Shown: piece after piece, positions 23,288 to 32,000 of the stretch
Numbering within the stretch: the first letter of the stretch is position 1
How the letters are laid out: each line of letters opens with the position of its first letter
Source of the DNA: Psychrobacter cryohalolentis K5
GTDB lineage: Bacteria > Pseudomonadota > Gammaproteobacteria > Pseudomonadales > Moraxellaceae
DNA length: 32,000 nt
NCBI RefSeq assembly: GCF_000013905.1
Contig: NC_007969.1
Coordinates: 480,001-512,000, forward strand
Reading direction: 5' to 3'
Notes under the pieces: generated by a model
The model's database searches: none
What the model saw: only the letters and a program-made list of their open reading frames with translations
Told to the model about the DNA's origin: nothing
Position numbers and translations under genes: made by a program

Positions 23288-24606
23288 GAGCGCGCTCCTA
23301 ATGTTTTTTGACTGTTTTGGTCTCGGTTATCAGTCATAAATGGTGCGTTTAGGAAGCCTTTGACAGCGCCCATATAACGCGGAATATCAAATAAGAAAGA
23401 ATCATGCCCATGCGGCGCATCGACATTGATATAGCTGACCGGTTTACCAGTCGCCATCAGCGCATCGACAATCTCTTGTGAGCGCTCGGGAGCAAAACGC
23501 CAATCCGTGGTAAATGACACAATCAGATACTGGCATTCAGTATGGGCAAAGGCGGCTTTCAATGCGGTCAGCTCTTGATGATTGGTTGCACTTATGTTGT
23601 CGATATCCGCACTGTCCGCTAAAGTATTTGCTAGCTCGTTTTCGCTACTATCTGCTTTTACAGACTCAGCAAGAGACGAGGCTAAAGATTCTGGCGACGA
23701 ATCTATAGCAGACTCTAATGGATAATCCCGTGTCGGGTCAAAATAATCTAGCGCTTTGGTCATAAGCAAATAGGTATTGGCATCGAAATTTTCGCTAAAG
23801 CGCTCACCTTGATAGCGCAGATAGCTTTCGACTTGGAACTCAACATCATAGCCATACATAAACTTGCCGGACTTTAAATCACGGCCAAACTTGGCTTTCA
23901 TCGCATCGTCAGTCAGATAGGTAATGTGTCCTACCATTCGCGCAAGGATAAGCCCTCGGCGAGGGTAAGTACCTGCTAGCAGATAGCGTCCGTCTTTAAA
24001 GTCAGGATCAGATAAAATAGACTGGCGTGCCACCTCATTAAAGGCAATATTTTGCGCAGACAGCTTGGGCGTACTGGCAATAACCACGCAACGTTTTAAA
24101 CGGTTTGGGTAATCTACTGACCATTGCAGAGCTTGCATACCGCCCATTGAACCACCGACGACGGCATGCCAGACGTCAATGCCCAAGCGATCTGAAAGCA
24201 TGGCTTGGGTCTTGACCCAGTCTTTGATAGTGACCAGAGGAAAGTCAGGTCCATATACTTGTGCTTGACTGCTATCTGGATTTATTGTCGTGGGACCAGT
24301 AGAGCCAAAGCAGCTACCGATATTATTAACGCAGACCACAAAGAATCTATTGGTATCGATGGACTTATTGGGTCCGATCATATTGTCCCACCAACCAGCT
24401 TTTTGATCTTCATCGCTATGAAAGCCTGCTGCGTGATGACTGCCTGATAGGGCATGGCAAATAAGCACAGCGTTTGACTTGTCGCTATTAAGCGTACCAT
24501 AGGTTTCGATAATCAAATCGAATGATGGTAAAGTGCGATTACACTCTAGAGTTAATGGCTCAGCGAAATGAAGAGTCTGGGGCGTGACGACTCCGACTGA
24601 GTTCAA
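23284..24606 (-). CDS. metX: Homoserine O-acyltransferase MetX (acetyl/succinyl)
   Basis: Alpha/beta hydrolase with [12 protein letters not shown] (nucleophile Ser), FTTDWRF and [11 protein letters not shown] prefer the TTG at 24606 (GAGGA 4 nt upstream), which gives the canonical [14 protein letters not shown]-terminus. The ORF is open to another TTG at 24723. Confidence 0.9.
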   Translation of the reverse strand: MNSVGVVTPQTLHFAEPLTLECNRTLPSFDLIIETYGTLNSDKSNAVLICHALSGSHHAAGFHSDEDQKAGWWDNMIGPNKSIDTNRFFVVCVNNIGSCFGSTGPTTINPDSSQAQVYGPDFPLVTIKDWVKTQAMLSDRLGIDVWHAVVGGSMGGMQALQWSVDYPNRLKRCVVIASTPKLSAQNIAFNEVARQSILSDPDFKDGRYLLAGTYPRRGLILARMVGHITYLTDDAMKAKFGRDLKSGKFMYGYDVEFQVESYLRYQGERFSENFDANTYLLMTKALDYFDPTRDYPLESAIDSSPESLASSLAESVKADSSENELANTLADSADIDNISATNHQELTALKAAFAHTECQYLIVSFTTDWRFAPERSQEIVDALMATGKPVSYINVDAPHGHDSFLFDIPRYMGAVKGFLNAPFMTDNRDQNSQKTLGARS

Positions 24607-24630
24607 TAATTCCTCAGTGTTGATTGAGCT

Positions 24631-24654
24631 TTTAGCATTGCCTTTAGCATTGCT
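24631..24654. repeat. 12-bp tandem duplication (TTTAGCATTGCC / TTTAGCATTGCT)
   Basis: Seen directly. It lies either in the extreme 5' coding extension or in the leader of metX, depending on the true start. Confidence 0.85.
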
Positions 24655-25118
24655 TTTATCTGTGGCGGACTGGTCACTGGTATTATCAGGGCGTGCGTTC
24701 AAAGCTACCTCACAAGACAACAATCATCAATAAAATAAGAAGGACACTGTATCGACAACTCGTTTTGCCGATATTTTTAAATGGTTTACTAAAAGCGTTT
24801 TATCTACACTGTTTTTTTGACCATGTGCTTGCCTATTGTAGGGCGATGCGCATATGAGTACAACCTTCAAGCGCAGCCTTTCATACTTAGTTTTTATGTT
24901 ATTAAGCCAATCGAAAAAAAGGCTGGGTCATTGCTACAGGTTTTAGGCGCTATCGACGTAGGCGAGTAGTGATAACTGCGTGTCAAATTGTACAAGGACA
25001 CTTTTTCCATGCGTTATAAAGGGTTAAAATGCTACACTAACGGCGTGCTCATTGAATACTGTCTTAACAATCTTTTGTAGAGCTTCCTTCATCAACTTAA
25101 CCATAAAACAGTGCTGCT

Positions 25119-26138
25119 ATGAAACCTGACCTGCCTCCCCGTATTGCCGTTTTACTTGTCAACCTTGGTACGCCAGATGAACCGACCGCGCCAGCTGTCC
25201 GTCGTTATCTCAAACAGTTTTTGTCCGATCCGCGCGTGATTGAAATCCCAAAATTCTTATGGGCGATTATCCTCAATCTGTTTGTGCTGCCAAGTCGCCC
25301 GAAACGGGTAGCAGAAGCATATGCCAGTATTTGGGATGGCGATTCGCCGATGCGCAATATTCTTAACGCGCAAGTTGAGATGTTAGACAAGCGTTTGGCT
25401 GACCGTGCTGCGCCATTTCGCGTGTCTGTTCATGCCGCGATGAGCTACGGTAATCCGGGTTTGCCTGATGTCATGGATCAATTGCGTAGCGAAGGGGTTG
25501 ACCATTTCGTCATGTTACCCGTGTTTCCGCAGTATTCGGCGACTTCAACAGGTGCGGTTTATGATGCGATTACTAAGTGGTCGCTGAAGCAGCGTAATTT
25601 GCCCAATATAACGATAGTCAAAGATTACTTTGCTCATCCTTTATATATTAAAGCATTAGCAGATAGCATCCGTCGTTTTCAAGCGGTACATGGCAAGCCT
25701 GAAAAGCTCATGTTTAGCTTTCACGGTATTCCGCAGCCTTATGCTGATAAAGGCGACCCGTACCCCAAACGCTGTAAATGTACGGCGGCACAAGTGGCTC
25801 ATGAGCTTGGGCTAAAACCAGATGAATGGATTATCAGTTTCCAGTCACGCTTTGGTAAGCAAGAATGGATTAAGCCCTATACCGATGTGGTACTCAAAGA
25901 GTGGGGCAGCTCAGGTGTGCGCTCGGTACAAATTCTGAGTCCTGCGTTTTCGGCAGATTGCCTAGAAACCTTGGAAGAATTGGCTATCGAAAACCGCGAG
26001 ACTTTCCTGCATGCTGGCGGGCAAGAATACCATTATATTCCAGCGCTCAACGCTGATGAAGCACATATAGACTTGTTAGAGGCAATGAGTGCACCATTGG
26101 TAAAAGGTTGGGCAGGGACTCTGGATGGTTGGGCATAA
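25119..26138 (+). CDS. hemH: Ferrochelatase
   Basis: LVNLGTPD N-terminus, [17 protein letters not shown] and FQSRFG motifs. Confidence 0.95.
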   Translation: MKPDLPPRIAVLLVNLGTPDEPTAPAVRRYLKQFLSDPRVIEIPKFLWAIILNLFVLPSRPKRVAEAYASIWDGDSPMRNILNAQVEMLDKRLADRAAPFRVSVHAAMSYGNPGLPDVMDQLRSEGVDHFVMLPVFPQYSATSTGAVYDAITKWSLKQRNLPNITIVKDYFAHPLYIKALADSIRRFQAVHGKPEKLMFSFHGIPQPYADKGDPYPKRCKCTAAQVAHELGLKPDEWIISFQSRFGKQEWIKPYTDVVLKEWGSSGVRSVQILSPAFSADCLETLEELAIENRETFLHAGGQEYHYIPALNADEAHIDLLEAMSAPLVKGWAGTLDGWA

Positions 26139-26164
26139 ACGTTTTTAATATCAAATGAATATTC

Positions 26165-26201
26165 AAAAAAATACCGAACATCATGTTCGGTATTTTTTTA
26201 T
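26165..26201. terminator. Bidirectional terminator (hemH / acidic orphan)
   Basis: AAAAAAA-TACCGAACA-TCA-TGTTCGGTA-TTTTTTT. Confidence 0.9.
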
Positions 26202-26224
26202 CAATAATTTTCTAAAAGTACTAT

Positions 26225-26581
26225 TTAAAAGTCATTGTCATGGCTTAGTTTTGCCGCGTCTTTGTCAGCAATGTCGGCAATACTGGGGTAGTGGCTATCA
26301 TCTAAATTCTCTTCAACCAGCAACTCATCAATACGTGATTCATCGATATTTTGATGATGGACGAGGGTAAGACCTTGGGTTGCATCACTTCCGACTTGCG
26401 AATTATTAAATCCTGCATCATCGTCAAAGTCATCATTGTCGATAACATGCAGCATAGGATTGTCTAAATCGACCTCTTGGCTACCTTGGTTATCTTGACC
26501 TTCATCGATATCATTATCAATATTTTCATCACCTTCGATGTGATTCATCTCTTCTGGTAGCGGGGTTTTTGAGTGTTCCAT
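26225..26581 (-). CDS. Hypothetical, extremely acidic low-complexity protein (118 aa)
   Basis: ATG at 26581 has AAGGAAG 5 nt upstream (ORF open to 26611). It has its own terminator. Roughly 35 Asp+Glu against about 4 Lys+Arg, and no recognisable domain. Confidence 0.55.
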   Translation of the reverse strand: MEHSKTPLPEEMNHIEGDENIDNDIDEGQDNQGSQEVDLDNPMLHVIDNDDFDDDAGFNNSQVGSDATQGLTLVHHQNIDESRIDELLVEENLDDSHYPSIADIADKDAAKLSHDNDF

Positions 26582-26727
26582 ACTGTCTTCCTTAGTTTTT
26601 ATAGTTAACAAGCCTAGTAGGGTTTAAAGGGGGTCGTATAGCTATTTTGTCCGCTTATCATCATTGCCTCTAGTAGTAAGGTGTCACAGGATGTTAAAAA
26701 TATGTACGAAGGTTGCTTATTTAACCG

Positions 26728-26761
26728 TAAAAAAACGGCTGCCAAATCTTGGTAGCCGTTT
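26728..26761 (-). terminator. Terminator of the SDR gene
   Basis: Reverse strand AACGGCTACCA-AGAT-TTGGCAGCCGTT followed by TTTTTT. Confidence 0.8.
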
Positions 26762-26801
26762 AAATATTGTCATGTTACTTTTGAATTTTTATAGTCTAAA
26801 T

Positions 26802-27590
26802 TTATTTAGTACCGATTTTACTATTGATAAAGCGCATTAATGAGTCAGGTGCGACTTGCGAGGCTGTATGCAGCATTTTCGCAGGAAAGCCAATAGGATA
26901 GTGAGTCCGTGACAGTTTACGATTCGGCTGAGCGCTTAATTTACACAAGGTCTTAGCCACATCGTCAACGGTTAGATTGATGCCCAAACGGTCGATACTG
27001 GTGACCTTGATGTCTTTCGTCATGTCGGATTTTACCCACAATGGCATGACATCAATCACTTTGATGCCTAGCTCAACATATTCAATGTTTAGCCCTTCGG
27101 TTAAACCGCGGACAAAGAATTTACTGGCAGAATAAGGTGCCACTTCAGATTGACCATATATCGCTGAGGCAGATGAGAGATTGATGATTTTGGCGTTTTT
27201 GCTGTCGGCTAAATGCGGCGCTAGCTTATGACAGCCGATGAGCACACCTTTACAATTGATATCAATCAATGACAATTGCTTGTCCAAGTCAGTATGGGGC
27301 AACGCGCCACTCACCAATACGCCAGCATTATTAATCAAGACATCAATACCACCAAAATTCTCCAGCATATGATCGATTGCCGTATCCCATGCTTCAGGGT
27401 CAATGACATCTAGATGACCATGGACGAGACGATTGCCTTTTAGCGCTTTTTTAAAAGTTTTATCATCAATCGCACGCTCAAGCTCAACCGTGTCAATATC
27501 AAAAAGACCGACGCTATGACCTTTTGCGAGCAATCGTTTTGCTGTCGCTAGACCGATACCGCGTGATGCACCCGTAATGAATATATTCAT
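26802..27590 (-). CDS. Short-chain dehydrogenase/reductase (classical SDR)
   Basis: TGASRGIG cofactor motif, NNAG, and the catalytic S...YSASK. Confidence 0.9.
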   Translation of the reverse strand: MNIFITGASRGIGLATAKRLLAKGHSVGLFDIDTVELERAIDDKTFKKALKGNRLVHGHLDVIDPEAWDTAIDHMLENFGGIDVLINNAGVLVSGALPHTDLDKQLSLIDINCKGVLIGCHKLAPHLADSKNAKIINLSSASAIYGQSEVAPYSASKFFVRGLTEGLNIEYVELGIKVIDVMPLWVKSDMTKDIKVTSIDRLGINLTVDDVAKTLCKLSAQPNRKLSRTHYPIGFPAKMLHTASQVAPDSLMRFINSKIGTK

Positions 27591-27708
27591 AATGACTCGC
27601 TTAATGATTGATGATAAATGATGCCTAAAAAAATGCGCTAATTTTTAGTATAGCAAACTCTCTATTAAAAGTTAGCGCTAAGACAAATGCTATCATGACC
27701 AGTGATTG

Positions 27709-28239
27709 CTACGCTTGGCATGATGAATAGCGCTTATTAAGTGGCAAGCGTCTTTCAAACATAAGCGGTTTGAAACGCCATATATAGGTCAATGCAATCG
27801 TGTAAACGCCAGTTTCTGCCATTTCTTCAACGATCTCTCCCCAACCTTGAGGAATCATAATCGCGTTTTCGCCCATATATTCTAATAACGCCAACCCCAC
27901 TATCATAAGATATAAATAAACCGGCACCGATTTTAATACTGCCCAGAGATAACGCCAGGTATACGCTAATAAACCCACGATAAGCAGATAAACTATAAGA
28001 AGCACCGCATCTTCCCACCAGTCATAGGACTGATTTAACAGTGAAAAATCGCTAGCAATAAACAACTCGGGTAAATAGTTTAACTCGCGACGGATCACTG
28101 CAAAAAACGTCAATACTGATGCCAGCCAAAAATAAAGACTTTGCTTGCTTTCACTCTGCACTACATATTGCACGCAACGTAATATACAGGCTATCAGTAA
28201 GATAATGCCGGGGATTTCGATAATGCCATCTGCAGCCAA
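27709..28239 (-). CDS. Hypothetical integral membrane protein (about 5 TM)
   Basis: TTG start at 28239 is preceded by CAGGAGCG (8-nt spacer). There is no in-frame ATG for about 110 codons. It is hydrophobic throughout and I recognise no family. Confidence 0.55.
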   Translation of the reverse strand: MAADGIIEIPGIILLIACILRCVQYVVQSESKQSLYFWLASVLTFFAVIRRELNYLPELFIASDFSLLNQSYDWWEDAVLLIVYLLIVGLLAYTWRYLWAVLKSVPVYLYLMIVGLALLEYMGENAIMIPQGWGEIVEEMAETGVYTIALTYIWRFKPLMFERRLPLNKRYSSCQA

Positions 28240-28263
28240 AATAAGCGCTCCTGATTTTTAGAA

Positions 28264-28291
28264 TAAAAAAAGTGAGCGCTAAGGCTCACTT
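28264..28291 (-). terminator. Terminator of polA
   Basis: Reverse strand AGTGAGC-CTTAGC-GCTCACT followed by TTTTTTT. Confidence 0.75.
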
Positions 28292-28431
28292 TAGACTAAA
28301 AAATAATTTGGGGAAAAATAAGATAGGTTTATTATACCGACAATGATGATACGCGACTGTTTTTTTTAGTTTACGCTGCGAGTGTCAAGTATCTTAAATA
28401 GCATTAAACCTACTTAAAATCTCCTTAAGAA

Positions 28432-31398
28432 TCAATGCGCCTCATCCCAATTCTGACCACTATCCGTCTCAACCAATAGCGGCACTGCAAAATTGACGTT
28501 CCAGCCTTTTTCAACTGCTGTTGCTGTCAAGACATCTTGCATAGCATTAGTAATCAATTGGCTTATCTCATCGACCTTGTCAGCATCGACTTCGAACACT
28601 AGCTCATCATGTACTTGCAGTAGCATTTTTGCCTGCTCTTTAGGTAATACTTTGTCGACGGCAATCATTGCAAGCTTAATCAAGTCAGCTGCAGAACCTT
28701 GTAATGGCGCGTTAATCGCTGCCCGTTCAGCGCCTTGTTTGACCATGCGATTGCTGTGATTGATATCAGGGGTATAAAGCTTACGACCCAATATCGTCTC
28801 GATATAGCCATGCTCATAAGCGCTGGCACGAGTATTGATCATATAGTCTTTGACGCCAGGATAGCGCTCAAAATACATGTCAATGTAGTCTTGCGCCTCA
28901 CTACGGCTCATCTGTAACTGTTTGGCTAGTCCAAAGGCGCTCATGCCATATAGCAGACCAAAGTTAATGGCTTTGGCATTACGGCGCTCGGTTGCTGTAA
29001 CCTCTGCGACCTCTTTTCCTAGTACTTCGGCGGCAGTGGCGGCATGAATATCTAGCCCTTCATTAAAGGCATGAGTTAGATTTTTATCACCTGAGAAATG
29101 CGCCATCAAACGCAGCTCAATTTGCGAATAATCCGCCGCTAATATGACTCGACCTTCTGGCGCAATAAATGCTTGACGAATCAAGCGACCAGTAGCGGTA
29201 CGAATAGGAATATTTTGTAAATTGGGATCAGTCGAAGATAAGCGCCCAGTACTGGTCAATGCTTGATGATAGCTGGTATGCACACGGTCAGTCTTGGCAT
29301 CTGCTACATTATCAAGCGCATCGGTATAGGTGCTCTTAAGTTTAGAGAGTCCGCGATACTCTAGGGTGATATCGACCAAAGGATGGTCGATTTTTGATAA
29401 GACGGCTTCACCGGTAGAATATTGACCAGTTTTGGTTTTTTTGCCACCCACGACGCCAAGTTTATCGAATAACATCTCGCCAAGCTGCTTAGGAGAGCCA
29501 AGATTAAACTCTTCACCGGCGACTTCGTACGCACGTTTTTCTAGGGCAATGATTTCTTCATCAAAGCGTTTAGATAGCTCGTTTAAAAACGGACGCCTAA
29601 TTAAGATACCGTTTGCTTCCATTTGGCACAGTATTTCCGCTGTTGGGATTTCTAGCTCGTGTAGCAGCTTAGCGTTATTGGTATCATCAGCAAGTTTTTT
29701 GCTAAACAAATCAAACAACTGATAAGTAATATCGGCATCTTCACACGCATAGTCGCTAGCAATATCAATCGCTACTTGATCGAAACTCACTTGCTTAGCG
29801 CCTTTACCAGCGACATCTTCAAAGCTGATGGTCTGCGTTTGCAGGTAATGCCGTGCTAAATCATCCATACCATGACGGGTAATGGCAGCATTAATCACAT
29901 AGCTGGCAAGCATAGTATCCATCGCCCAATTGTTGGGCTTGTCATGAATATTGCCTAAGAGGTTTATATCATAAAGGCTAAGAATATGGGCATCATACTT
30001 TAAATGTTGACCAATTTTACCGATGTTTGGGTTTTCTAAAATAGGCTTTAAACGCGCCAAAACGGTATCGCGGTCGAGCTGTTTTGCTATTAATTCATCG
30101 CCTTCTAGCGCATGAGTCAGCGGAATATAATAAGCTTCGTGTGCTTGCACAGCAAAAGACAAGCCAACCAATTCAGCCTGACGCCAATAGACACTCGTGG
30201 TTTCGGTATCGATAACGAAATGCGGCGCAGATGCTAACAATTGAACTAAGTTGTCAAAGGCAGACTCGTCTAAAATAGTATGCCATGCTCTATCATGAAT
30301 TTTGCTATCGGTAATATCACCGATGGTGCTTGATTGTAGGGATTTAGCGATTTGCGCTTGTGACTCAGCATCAGCCTGACTATGAGCAACACTTTGCGTG
30401 CCATGCCCATTACCATTGGCAGGATGATTAGGGTGATCAAGTGACGCTAACTCATTTCTAAATTCGAGCTCACTATATAGCTCACGTAGCTCATTGATGT
30501 GGGCGCAAGGATCAGTGTTTATTTTTAAATCTTGCCAGTCTTGCCCCACTTCTAAATCAGTAACAATGGTTGCCAGCTGCGCGTTCATCGGAATATCATC
30601 GGCATATTCGAGCAAGTTTTTGCCAGCACGCCCTTTGATATTGGCGACATTTTTGAGCATATTATCGATATTGCCATATTCATTGAGCAAATCTTTGGCG
30701 GTCTTTTTACCAATACCGGGTACGCCTTTGATACCGTCAGAGGAATCGCCCATCAAAGTTAAAAAATCAATCATCTGTTCAGGATTGATACCGAATTTTT
30801 CAACCACGCCAGCGCTATCAGTCATCTTGCCTGTGAAGCTATCTTCTAGTATTACGCAGTCATTAATCAGCTGCATCATATCTTTATCTCCAGTTGAGAT
30901 AACCACATGATGCCCTTCGGCAACTGCACGATAGGCGAGCGTACCGATAATATCGTCCGCTTCTGCGCCTTCGATACGTAACAGTGGAATCCCAAGCGCA
31001 GTGACCAAACGATGAATATAAGGAATCTGCTCGGCAAGCTCGATATCCATTTTTGGACGATTGGCTTTGTACTCTTCTGACATAGCATGACGAAAGGTCG
31101 GTGACTTGGTATCAAAACAAACGGCCATATGGGTTGGGTGATAACGGCGCATCAGCTTTAAAAGTGCATTGAGCGTGCCACGTATTGCATTGGTGACTAG
31201 CCCTTGCGAATTCTGCATGGTTTTTGGCAGCGCATGATAGGTACGAAACAGATAGTAAGAGCCATCGACCAAGATAAAAGGTGGCTGGTTTTTGTCCACA
31301 TGCGTGGTGTCCATTGTCGCCACATTGGGCATCGTTGCAAAATTCGGTAGCGTATTGGGATTAATAGGCGAGTGGGAGTTGTGATCGTTGGCAGTCAT
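28432..31398 (-). CDS. polA: DNA polymerase I
   Basis: 5'-nuclease domain (ILVDGSYYLFRTYHA), 3'-5' exonuclease domain (VIDTETTS) and polymerase motifs (DYSQIELR, RRNAKAINFGLLYG, QVHDELVFE). The start is uncertain (ATG 31398, 31332 or 31314), none with a good SD. Confidence 0.97.
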   Translation of the reverse strand: MTANDHNSHSPINPNTLPNFATMPNVATMDTTHVDKNQPPFILVDGSYYLFRTYHALPKTMQNSQGLVTNAIRGTLNALLKLMRRYHPTHMAVCFDTKSPTFRHAMSEEYKANRPKMDIELAEQIPYIHRLVTALGIPLLRIEGAEADDIIGTLAYRAVAEGHHVVISTGDKDMMQLINDCVILEDSFTGKMTDSAGVVEKFGINPEQMIDFLTLMGDSSDGIKGVPGIGKKTAKDLLNEYGNIDNMLKNVANIKGRAGKNLLEYADDIPMNAQLATIVTDLEVGQDWQDLKINTDPCAHINELRELYSELEFRNELASLDHPNHPANGNGHGTQSVAHSQADAESQAQIAKSLQSSTIGDITDSKIHDRAWHTILDESAFDNLVQLLASAPHFVIDTETTSVYWRQAELVGLSFAVQAHEAYYIPLTHALEGDELIAKQLDRDTVLARLKPILENPNIGKIGQHLKYDAHILSLYDINLLGNIHDKPNNWAMDTMLASYVINAAITRHGMDDLARHYLQTQTISFEDVAGKGAKQVSFDQVAIDIASDYACEDADITYQLFDLFSKKLADDTNNAKLLHELEIPTAEILCQMEANGILIRRPFLNELSKRFDEEIIALEKRAYEVAGEEFNLGSPKQLGEMLFDKLGVVGGKKTKTGQYSTGEAVLSKIDHPLVDITLEYRGLSKLKSTYTDALDNVADAKTDRVHTSYHQALTSTGRLSSTDPNLQNIPIRTATGRLIRQAFIAPEGRVILAADYSQIELRLMAHFSGDKNLTHAFNEGLDIHAATAAEVLGKEVAEVTATERRNAKAINFGLLYGMSAFGLAKQLQMSRSEAQDYIDMYFERYPGVKDYMINTRASAYEHGYIETILGRKLYTPDINHSNRMVKQGAERAAINAPLQGSAADLIKLAMIAVDKVLPKEQAKMLLQVHDELVFEVDADKVDEISQLITNAMQDVLTATAVEKGWNVNFAVPLLVETDSGQNWDEAH

Positions 31399-31574
31399 AG
31401 AGAGTCACTTATCAGGTTTTGGGTCGCAAGTATTGGTCAGTAAATATTTTGCAGTAAGTATGGAGTAAAAATATACCCTCATTATAACGATAAAAGCGCT
31501 GCGTGCCGAATAGATGATGGACGAATAGAATGCATAAACAGTTACGATGTGTATGACCTAAAATGATAATTCAT

Positions 31575-31607
31575 AAAAAAAGAACCCAGATCAACTGAGT
31601 TCTTTTT
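31575..31607 (-). terminator. Terminator of ohr
   Basis: Reverse strand AAAAAGAACTCAG-TTGA-TCTGGGTTC followed by TTTTTTT. Confidence 0.7.
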
Positions 31608-31637
31608 ATCATTGTAACTATTGTAGTTACTAGAAAT

Positions 31638-32000
31638 TTATTTTACTTCTGAGGTTACTTCGCTATCGACATTACCATGGGTCGCTTTAGAATACGGGCA
31701 GACCTTATTGGCTTTCTCAACCAATTGCTGAAACTCATCCGCTGATAGCTCTGTATTTTCACCGATAACATGAATTTTAACGGCCAATTTAAAGTCTAGA
31801 CCTTCGCCTTTCTTTAAATCTACTGAGACTTCAGTAGTAGAATCAAACTTTGCTTTTTCTGCCCCTTTGACGGCACCAAGTGCACCATCAAAACAAGCAG
31901 CATAACCCATAGCGAACAGTTGCTCTGGGTTATTACCGTCTTTACCAGAACCAGGTGCAACCATATTGATGGTTAAATCGCTGTCTTGTACGCTAGCTTT
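31638..32000 (-). CDS. ohr: Organic hydroperoxide resistance protein (Ohr/OsmC family), N-terminus beyond the right edge
   Basis: NPEQLFAMGYAACFDGAL (first Cys) and KVCPYSKATHGN (second Cys). The reading frame stays open through 31965..32000 (KASVQDSDLTIN). Confidence 0.85.
   Translation of the reverse strand, partial: KASVQDSDLTINMVAPGSGKDGNNPEQLFAMGYAACFDGALGAVKGAEKAKFDSTTEVSVDLKKGEGLDFKLAVKIHVIGENTELSADEFQQLVEKANKVCPYSKATHGNVDSEVTSEVK

Noticed and set aside
24843-24989. 48-codon plus-strand ORF (MCLPIVGRCAYEYNLQ...), a 30-codon alternative frame and a 38-codon minus-strand ORF in the metX/hemH intergenic region
   Set aside because: No SD precedes any of them, and their composition is odd.
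1-32000. Searched by eye for tRNA/rRNA/tmRNA/RNase P signatures, CRISPR-like spaced repeats, IS inverted repeats and transposase or integrase ORFs, toxin-antitoxin pairs, and known defence-gene motifs
   Set aside because: None found. All ORFs over 100 aa that I accept have ordinary metabolic, housekeeping or membrane assignments. This is a negative result from visual inspection only. tRNAscan-SE, Rfam, ISfinder and DefenseFinder runs would be the proper confirmation.

Overview
This window looks like a gene-dense core chromosomal segment of a gammaproteobacterium. A Moraxellaceae or Psychrobacter-like origin is my guess from protein character only and is unverified. I support 28 protein-coding genes, two of them cut by the window edges.

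Most are housekeeping genes: hflX, a PlsC-family acyltransferase, tas, fkpB, lspA, ileS, serA with a divergent FAD-linked oxidase, trhO, metXW, hemH, polA and ohr.

The less ordinary content is:
- a GntR / hydantoin-racemase-family / NCS1-permease module with a striking triple 13-bp operator-like repeat
- a GNAT + carbon-nitrogen-hydrolase fusion
- a cold-shock-domain + DUF1294 membrane protein sitting inside the conserved ileS-lspA-fkpB arrangement
- a BLUF blue-light sensor with a long unrecognised C-terminal half ending in a hydrophobic tail
- a very acidic 118-aa orphan
- an orphan 5-TM protein

Nearly every transcription unit ends in a clean hairpin, often a bidirectional A-run/stem/T-run shared by convergent genes.

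I found no tRNA, rRNA, CRISPR array, IS or transposase, integrase, prophage or recognisable defence system. I do not see a convincing multi-gene novel system. The best leads are single-gene or regulatory oddities: the BLUF tail anchor, the orphan racemase-permease module and its operator, the acidic orphan, sub-60-aa ORFs missed by the ORF track, and several low-complexity extensions on housekeeping proteins.

All family calls come from motif recognition by eye. No database search was run.
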